From NCBI GenBank assembly GCA_964354495.1, contig CAYHAA010000006.1, forward strand, positions 90,001-122,000: DNA of 32,000 nt. The letters run 5' to 3'. A program made the position numbers and the translations under genes. The notes under the pieces are model-generated. The model was not told the origin of the DNA, ran no database searches, and was given only the letters and a program-made list of their open reading frames with translations. How positions within the stretch are numbered: position 1 is the first letter of the stretch; the number at the start of each line of letters is the position of its first letter. The stretch is from an uncultured archaeon (lineage in GTDB: Archaea > Asgardarchaeota > Thorarchaeia > Thorarchaeales > Thorarchaeaceae). Of this stretch, positions 26,808-32,000 are shown in pieces.

Positions 26808-28403
26808 TTGATATCCACAGAACGTCATAGTGTCTTAGCAATTCTCATTAAATCTGGATTTCAGATAACACCAGATGCTCTAGACTATATACTGACTTTC
26901 AGGGCCCCTGTACAGATTGTCGAGTCTATCATTTCAACCAAGATGCAGAGTGAGAGTCCCTCTGTTCTCACGAAGGATCTTGTCCAGTCAATGGTTGAGG
27001 AGCAGCAGGTCATTACTTCCTCCAAAGAGAAGACATCAGAGGATTATCATGCGACCACCACTTCTCTTGACACTATTGAGAATCTGAGTAGCGACTCAAC
27101 TTGGCAATACAAAATAGAGAAGAGCCCGCTCGAGCAAATGGTTGGTTCTGAGGGCATTATTGATGATTTTCTTGAATTGTTTAGAGACCGCTTCATCAGA
27201 ATCAAGAAGATCTACATGGGCCGCATGGATACGCAAAATGCAGTGTCTCCAGATGTTGCCAAGATGCAGAAGAGCTCGATACCACGAAGAATTGCTATGA
27301 ATGCCGAAGGCGAAAGGGCGAAACGCCCACCAAGTCAGATTGTGCTTGGAATCATCAAGAACAAGAGCATCTCAAAGCAACACAACATCATCATTGAGCT
27401 TGAAGGTCACGAGGACTCAATAATCTGTGTCATTCCCGCAGGTTTCAAAGGTCTGCAGGGTCAGAAGCTCTCTGAGAAGGCAAACTCACTGTTGCTAGAC
27501 GAGGTCATCTGTATCTCGGGGCATGTTGACAACGATGAACGAATGATTGCCGATGATGTTCTCTTTCCTGATATCTCGACAGCCCGCCAAGTAGGTCGGG
27601 CAAAGAGAGAGGTCTACGCTGTATTCATTTCGGATCTACACTGTGGCAGTAAGGAATTTCTAGAGAATGAGTTTGATCGGTTCATAGATTGGATGAACGG
27701 ACGTGATGTTGATTCCTCGGACAAGAATATGTTGAAGAGAATCAGGTATCTCTTTATTGCAGGAGACCTGGTTGATGGTATCAGCGTGTATCCCAACCAA
27801 CGAGAGCACCTTCAGCTATCAAGTCTATACGATCAGTATGCCGCAGTCACTAGCAAACTGCAGAAACTTCCAAAGAGAATCAAGATCTTCTGTATTCCAG
27901 GTAACCATGATGCATGCAGACAAGCCCTTCCCAGGCCGCCAATCCTAAGGGCGTTCGCAGAACCGCTCTACAAGCTTGAGAATATGATAATGCTTGGTGA
28001 TCCTAGCCAAATCCTTGTGGAGGGTGTAAACATCATGATGACCCACGGAGACAGTCTAGATGACCTTGTGACCGCACTTCCTGGAGCCTCCTATGCAGAT
28101 CCTGCAACATCCATGATAGAGCTGCTGAAAAAGCGTCACCTAGCCCCGATCTATGGTGGCAAGACTGAACTAGCACCTTTGCATCGGGATTGGATGGTCA
28201 TAGACACACCTCCCGATGTCGTCCACTTCGGTCATGCGCATCATAATGCCGTAGATAGCTACCGAGGCTTACAGATCATCAACTCAGGTACCTTTCAATC
28301 GCAGACCGACTTCATGCGTAAGCAAGGTGTGATACCCACACCAGGTATTGTGACATTCTTGAATCTACAGACCGGTGCTCCCGACTTCAGGTCTGTTATT
28401 TGA
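26808..28403 (+). CDS. DNA polymerase D small (proofreading) subunit DP1
   Basis: FRDRF..IK, SLLLDEVI, FISDLH.GS, AGDLVDG..VYPNQ, PGNHDA, HGDSLDD, RHLAP.YG, HFGHAH, NSGTFQ.QT.F. Confidence 0.95.
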   Translation: MISTERHSVLAILIKSGFQITPDALDYILTFRAPVQIVESIISTKMQSESPSVLTKDLVQSMVEEQQVITSSKEKTSEDYHATTTSLDTIENLSSDSTWQYKIEKSPLEQMVGSEGIIDDFLELFRDRFIRIKKIYMGRMDTQNAVSPDVAKMQKSSIPRRIAMNAEGERAKRPPSQIVLGIIKNKSISKQHNIIIELEGHEDSIICVIPAGFKGLQGQKLSEKANSLLLDEVICISGHVDNDERMIADDVLFPDISTARQVGRAKREVYAVFISDLHCGSKEFLENEFDRFIDWMNGRDVDSSDKNMLKRIRYLFIAGDLVDGISVYPNQREHLQLSSLYDQYAAVTSKLQKLPKRIKIFCIPGNHDACRQALPRPPILRAFAEPLYKLENMIMLGDPSQILVEGVNIMMTHGDSLDDLVTALPGASYADPATSMIELLKKRHLAPIYGGKTELAPLHRDWMVIDTPPDVVHFGHAHHNAVDSYRGLQIINSGTFQSQTDFMRKQGVIPTPGIVTFLNLQTGAPDFRSVI

Positions 28404-28414
28404 CACGTCCTGAA

Positions 28415-29662
28415 TCATCCTAAGATGTCCTTTGCTGCTTTGCTTAGTCTGATATCATCATCAAGAATGGCGCCTATCTGCTTCTTATTCACAGCCAGTT
28501 TGATTTTCTTTGTACGACCATAGCGGCCCTTGGAAATCACGGTTGTGTTGATGAGCCCGAGCATGTCCAATTCTGAGATTAGATCAGAAACGCGTCTCTG
28601 TGTCAATATATCAAGAGAGAGTGCCTTTGCCAGGTCTGAGTAGACATTGAAACACTCTCCAGTGACAATGTCATTATGTCCTTTGTCAGCGAGAGCGTAT
28701 ACAGCAAACAGTACTGCCTTTGATTGCATTGGGAGTGTCTTCACGGTTTCAGTTATTGTGTCCCGCTCGATCACTTTCTGGGCATCTCGTACATGCTCTT
28801 GACCAACTTTTGCATCTCCCCTTCGCTCAGCTAATTCGCCTGCAGTTCTCAGTAGATCGAGTGCACGTCGTGCATCTCCATGTTCTTGTGCAGCCAGTGC
28901 TCCAACAAGATTAATGACGCCCTCGTCTGCAACTGCTTCTCTATTGAATGCAATCTCCACACGCTGTTGTAGGATTCCTCTTAGCTCGACTGCATTATAG
29001 GGTGCGAAGATGACCTCTTCTTCGCCTAGCGAAGACAGTACCCTGGGGTCTAGCATCTCTTTGAAGGTCAGGTCATTGCTTATTCCTATAATGGAAATAC
29101 GACTTCTCTCAAGTTCTCCATTCATACGAGTCAGTCCATATAGGATGTCGTTTCCTTGGCTGACATCCCGTTTTACAAGATAGTCCACCTCATCAAGTAC
29201 GACAACCATGATGTTCTGCTCCGAATCAAGATGCCTCTTGAAGATAGACCTAATCTCATCAGTAGGTAATCCAGTAAAGGGAACATCAGATCCATCAGGC
29301 ATTGTTGCGTTGACCGCGTCACAGAGTGTTCTCAGTACTCTGTAGTTCGTTCCAACTATTCGACAATTGACAAGTGCAGTCTGAGGAGGTCTGAGACCAC
29401 TCTCTTTTGCCTTCTTAACTAGCAGATCCAAGACATACCGAGCAACAACGGTCTTGCCGGTGCCAGTCTTGCCATAGCAGAGAATGTTGGACGGTGGAGC
29501 CCCTCGTAATGCTGGCCCGAGAATGGAACCTATCTTGTTCATCTGATCATCCCTGTAGGAAAGGCTCTCAGGCACATATGTTGCTCGTAGCGCAGTTCTA
29601 TCCCTGAAGATGTCCTGTCCCTGCAGGAATTTGTCAAATAGTTTATCGAGAGGTTTCTCCAT
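28415..29662 (-). CDS. cdc6: Orc1/Cdc6 replication initiator
   Basis: GKTGTGKT, VPFTG, VLDEVD, GISND..F...LDPRV.SSL, HGDARRALDLLR.AGE, winged helix RR.SD..SELDMLG..N.....GR.GRT. Confidence 0.96.
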   Translation of the reverse strand: MEKPLDKLFDKFLQGQDIFRDRTALRATYVPESLSYRDDQMNKIGSILGPALRGAPPSNILCYGKTGTGKTVVARYVLDLLVKKAKESGLRPPQTALVNCRIVGTNYRVLRTLCDAVNATMPDGSDVPFTGLPTDEIRSIFKRHLDSEQNIMVVVLDEVDYLVKRDVSQGNDILYGLTRMNGELERSRISIIGISNDLTFKEMLDPRVLSSLGEEEVIFAPYNAVELRGILQQRVEIAFNREAVADEGVINLVGALAAQEHGDARRALDLLRTAGELAERRGDAKVGQEHVRDAQKVIERDTITETVKTLPMQSKAVLFAVYALADKGHNDIVTGECFNVYSDLAKALSLDILTQRRVSDLISELDMLGLINTTVISKGRYGRTKKIKLAVNKKQIGAILDDDIRLSKAAKDILG

Positions 29663-29741
29663 CTCAAGCAGCTCCTAGTCGTAATCCGGGGTGTGAGAAT
29701 CACAGTATGTTCTTAAACACTTCCATAAGAAGTTGAGGTAA

Positions 29742-29783
29742 GTTCCACTGGATTGCTATTGGAACCTATGGAGCATATGGAAC
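29742..29783. promoter_or_regulatory. ORB-like element and TGGA repeats upstream of cdc6 (candidate Cdc6-binding site or origin)
   Basis: TCCACTGGA dyad at 29744-29752 (minus strand TCCAGTGGAAC); further TGGA at 29760, 29769 and 29778. Confidence 0.5.
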
Positions 29784-29878
29784 AGATAAGAGTGGGTATT
29801 ACCAAATCCATACCAATAACGCTATCCATCGGTTCATGCTGGTATGTTTGGCAATGCACACATTCTGGTGAGTATCAC

Positions 29879-30523
29879 TTGCGTCTTAAGGATCTAGAGA
29901 TTGCACTCGAGTCCATATCGTGTGTTGGCGAATATGATGTTGCACTAGAGCAATACCCCACCCCGGCTCGAATTGCCTCTGCAATCCTCTTTGCAGCTCA
30001 GATGGAACATGGTGACATAACGGACAAGACAGTATGCGATCTGGGGTGCGGAAACGGCATATTTGCTCTTGGAGCCGCCCTTCTCAATGCTGATAGAGTA
30101 ATCGGAGTTGATGTACAAAGCAAAGCCTTAAAGGCGTCACAAATGAACTCACGAATGCTCGGGATAGAAGACACTGTAGACTGGGTACTAGGGGATGTTT
30201 CCTCTTTTCAGCTACGTTGTCTTGTCGACACTGTGGTCAGTAATCCTCCGTTTGGTGTAAAGAAAAGAGGTGCTGACCTGAGGTTCCTCCAAAAGGCAAT
30301 CTCAATTGCCGATGTGTCCTATAGCATTCACCTTGCTGGTGACAAGAACAGAGTCTTCCTAAAAAACGAAGTCGAGAAGCTTGGTGCAAGTGTGACACAA
30401 ATCGAAACATTCCAATTTCCAATCGGTAAATTGTTCGATTATCATAGGAAAAGCGTGCATATGATTAATGTAGATCTCTATCGTATATGTTCAAAAGAGT
30501 GTGAACCGAATGGCCGATGTTAA
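29879..30523 (+). CDS. METTL5-family (COG2263) RNA methyltransferase
   Basis: LEQYPTP..IA, DLGCG.G.FA.GA, NPPFG, D..FL..A, YS.H. TTG 29879 follows a GGTGAG RBS. Confidence 0.88.
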   Translation: MRLKDLEIALESISCVGEYDVALEQYPTPARIASAILFAAQMEHGDITDKTVCDLGCGNGIFALGAALLNADRVIGVDVQSKALKASQMNSRMLGIEDTVDWVLGDVSSFQLRCLVDTVVSNPPFGVKKRGADLRFLQKAISIADVSYSIHLAGDKNRVFLKNEVEKLGASVTQIETFQFPIGKLFDYHRKSVHMINVDLYRICSKECEPNGRC

Positions 30524-31277
30524 GAGCGGTGATATTGTAGTACCCGGAGACCAGCTATGTGTGATTGAAGAGCTGAGCCCCAGTTATGGCACCTATGAAC
30601 AGGATGGCATCGTCTATGCTGCTGCGCCAGGTGCAGTATCCATGGACCTCAAGGAGCGAGTCATCAAGGTTCTCCAAACAGATGGGAAGATGAAGTTGGC
30701 GCTCCCTGTCAAGGGCGACATTCTGATGGGTGAAGTCATCAATGCCTATGAGCAACGGGCAGAGATTGCCATTGTGCGCAGGAACGGTAAGGACTTTCAC
30801 AGTGGCCTAATAGGTGAGATTCATATCAGCAACGTCACTCGTCGTTTCGTGAAGAGTATGCATGATGTACTGAGGGTGAGCGACATCGTACGTGCTGTAT
30901 CATTGAACACACATGAGATACCCACAATTCTGAGCGTAGTCGGGCCAGAACTAGGAGTAGTCTTCTCTAGATGTTCCAGATGTGGCAACCCCTTGACCCT
31001 TACAACACTCAATAATCTGTTCTGCCTGAGGTGTGAGAACAGAGAAACACGAGAAGTCGCTAATGACTATGGCCAGAACTATGGGCTTGAAGCAAGACCT
31101 GATCTAGCACCCCGACAAAGGTCCTATGACAATCGAGACTATGACCGAGGTGACCGTCGTGGTGGCAGGCGCTTTGAAGGCGGCCGTCGTGAAAGGGATG
31201 GAGACAGACGTTTTAGTGACAGGAGACCGGAGAGGCCTAGCCGAAGAGAAAGTGACAGCAGGAGGCGCCGTGATTGA
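30510..31277 (+). CDS. csl4: Exosome cap subunit Csl4 with a low-complexity C-terminal extension
   Basis: V.PGD.L...EE, S1 domain (G.IHIS.V...V), GPELGVV...CSRCG...CLRC.N.E.R zinc ribbon, then a roughly 55-aa R/D/G-rich tail. Confidence 0.9.
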   Translation: MADVKSGDIVVPGDQLCVIEELSPSYGTYEQDGIVYAAAPGAVSMDLKERVIKVLQTDGKMKLALPVKGDILMGEVINAYEQRAEIAIVRRNGKDFHSGLIGEIHISNVTRRFVKSMHDVLRVSDIVRAVSLNTHEIPTILSVVGPELGVVFSRCSRCGNPLTLTTLNNLFCLRCENRETREVANDYGQNYGLEARPDLAPRQRSYDNRDYDRGDRRGGRRFEGGRRERDGDRRFSDRRPERPSRRESDSRRRRD

Positions 31278-31564
31278 AACCAAGAACAATAGAGAATACA
31301 AAGTTTGAGATGATCTTTGAAATTGGCGGAGAAGGGCATTCATTTCCTAATCTGCTACGTAAGACCCTTCTCGAAGAACCAGCTGTAGAGTTCGCAGGCT
31401 ACAATATAGAACATCCATTACTAGCTAGTCCGGTTGTCACTCTAAGGACACAACGGCGTCAGGCAAATGTCGTCCTTCGCGAGGCTCTTGAGAAGATGCT
31501 TGCTCGCACAGAGGAATTTCGAAAGAAGTTCAATCAGGCAATGTCTGATCATAGTACTGAATAG
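31274..31564 (+). CDS. rpoL: RNA polymerase subunit Rpo11 (RpoL)
   Basis: EI.GEGHS..NLLR..L...P.V.FAGY.IEHPL. Confidence 0.93.
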   Translation: MKPRTIENTKFEMIFEIGGEGHSFPNLLRKTLLEEPAVEFAGYNIEHPLLASPVVTLRTQRRQANVVLREALEKMLARTEEFRKKFNQAMSDHSTE

Positions 31565-31594
31565 AGATCAATCAGCCATACAGGTGAGTCCCAA

Positions 31595-32000
31595 ATGTGG
31601 GAATCCTTCGTTCAGCATACGAGCATCGAGCAAATCGTGAATGATAAGGGACTTGCAAAAGTGGGCGACAATCTAGTGAACCTGTGTTATTCACTGGCCA
31701 AGTCCTTAGTGCTTGGGCACACGACTGGTGAGAAAGTTCGAGACAGTATACTTGCACGTGCAATACGTGGAACATCAGTATATCAGCACATGAACAGGCG
31801 AAGCGATGTTGGAAGAGCTGCGGATGCTTACGAAGCCATCATGGCATACCTGTGGATGACTAATAAGACGACAATCTTTGCTATGGTTGAATCCCTTGCG
31901 AGTTTCCTTGATATCGATAGCAGCACCAGTCGAGTAAAAGAAGGTGAGCGTGCTGCCATCTCCTTCCAGCATCTCTTGGAACAGAACATCGCACATCTTC
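31595..32000 (+). CDS. Archaeal RNase III-like family protein, truncated by the window end
   Basis: Hand translation after a GGTGAG RBS: MWESFVQHTSIEQIVNDKGLAKVGDNLVNLCYSLAKS..LG..TGEKV.D..LA...RAADAYEAIMAYLW; no stop before 32000. Confidence 0.75.
   Translation, partial: MWESFVQHTSIEQIVNDKGLAKVGDNLVNLCYSLAKSLVLGHTTGEKVRDSILARAIRGTSVYQHMNRRSDVGRAADAYEAIMAYLWMTNKTTIFAMVESLASFLDIDSSTSRVKEGERAAISFQHLLEQNIAHL

Noticed and set aside
29753-29878. 42-codon N-terminal extension of the METTL5-like gene
   Set aside because: Family similarity begins at (M)RLKDLEI, with a GGTGAG RBS before TTG 29879; the extension is likely non-coding.
1-32000. CRISPR arrays, IS elements, integrases, rRNA, tRNA introns
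   Set aside because: No regularly spaced repeats, transposase or recombinase motifs, or rRNA-like stretches seen; both tRNAs are intronless.

Overview
Gene-dense archaeal chromosomal window, mostly informational and housekeeping genes: pyrG, nurA-herA, Lsm, KEOPS kae1/bud32/pcc1, uS15, eS1, PolD DP1, cdc6/orc1, csl4, rpoL, and two convergent tRNAs (Leu-TAG, Ser-CGA). The roadblock plus MglA-like small GTPase module suggests an Asgard archaeon (inference; I cannot fix the lineage from sequence alone). I found no CRISPR array, transposase or integrase. The most interesting locus is a three-gene operon at 6112-8574: tandem roadblock protein, then an unknown protein whose N-terminus looks like a DENN core, then an MglA-type GTPase. 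It may be a self-contained GTPase switch (GAP + GEF + GTPase). Other highlights: a catalytically dead GAN/Cdc45-like protein in the rps15-pcc1 position; an ORB-like element with TGGA repeats upstream of cdc6; a structured leader on rps3ae; an unannotated 48-aa TFIIS-like zinc-ribbon gene; and an Arg/Asp/Gly-rich tail on Csl4. All family assignments come from motif recognition by eye; no searches were run.
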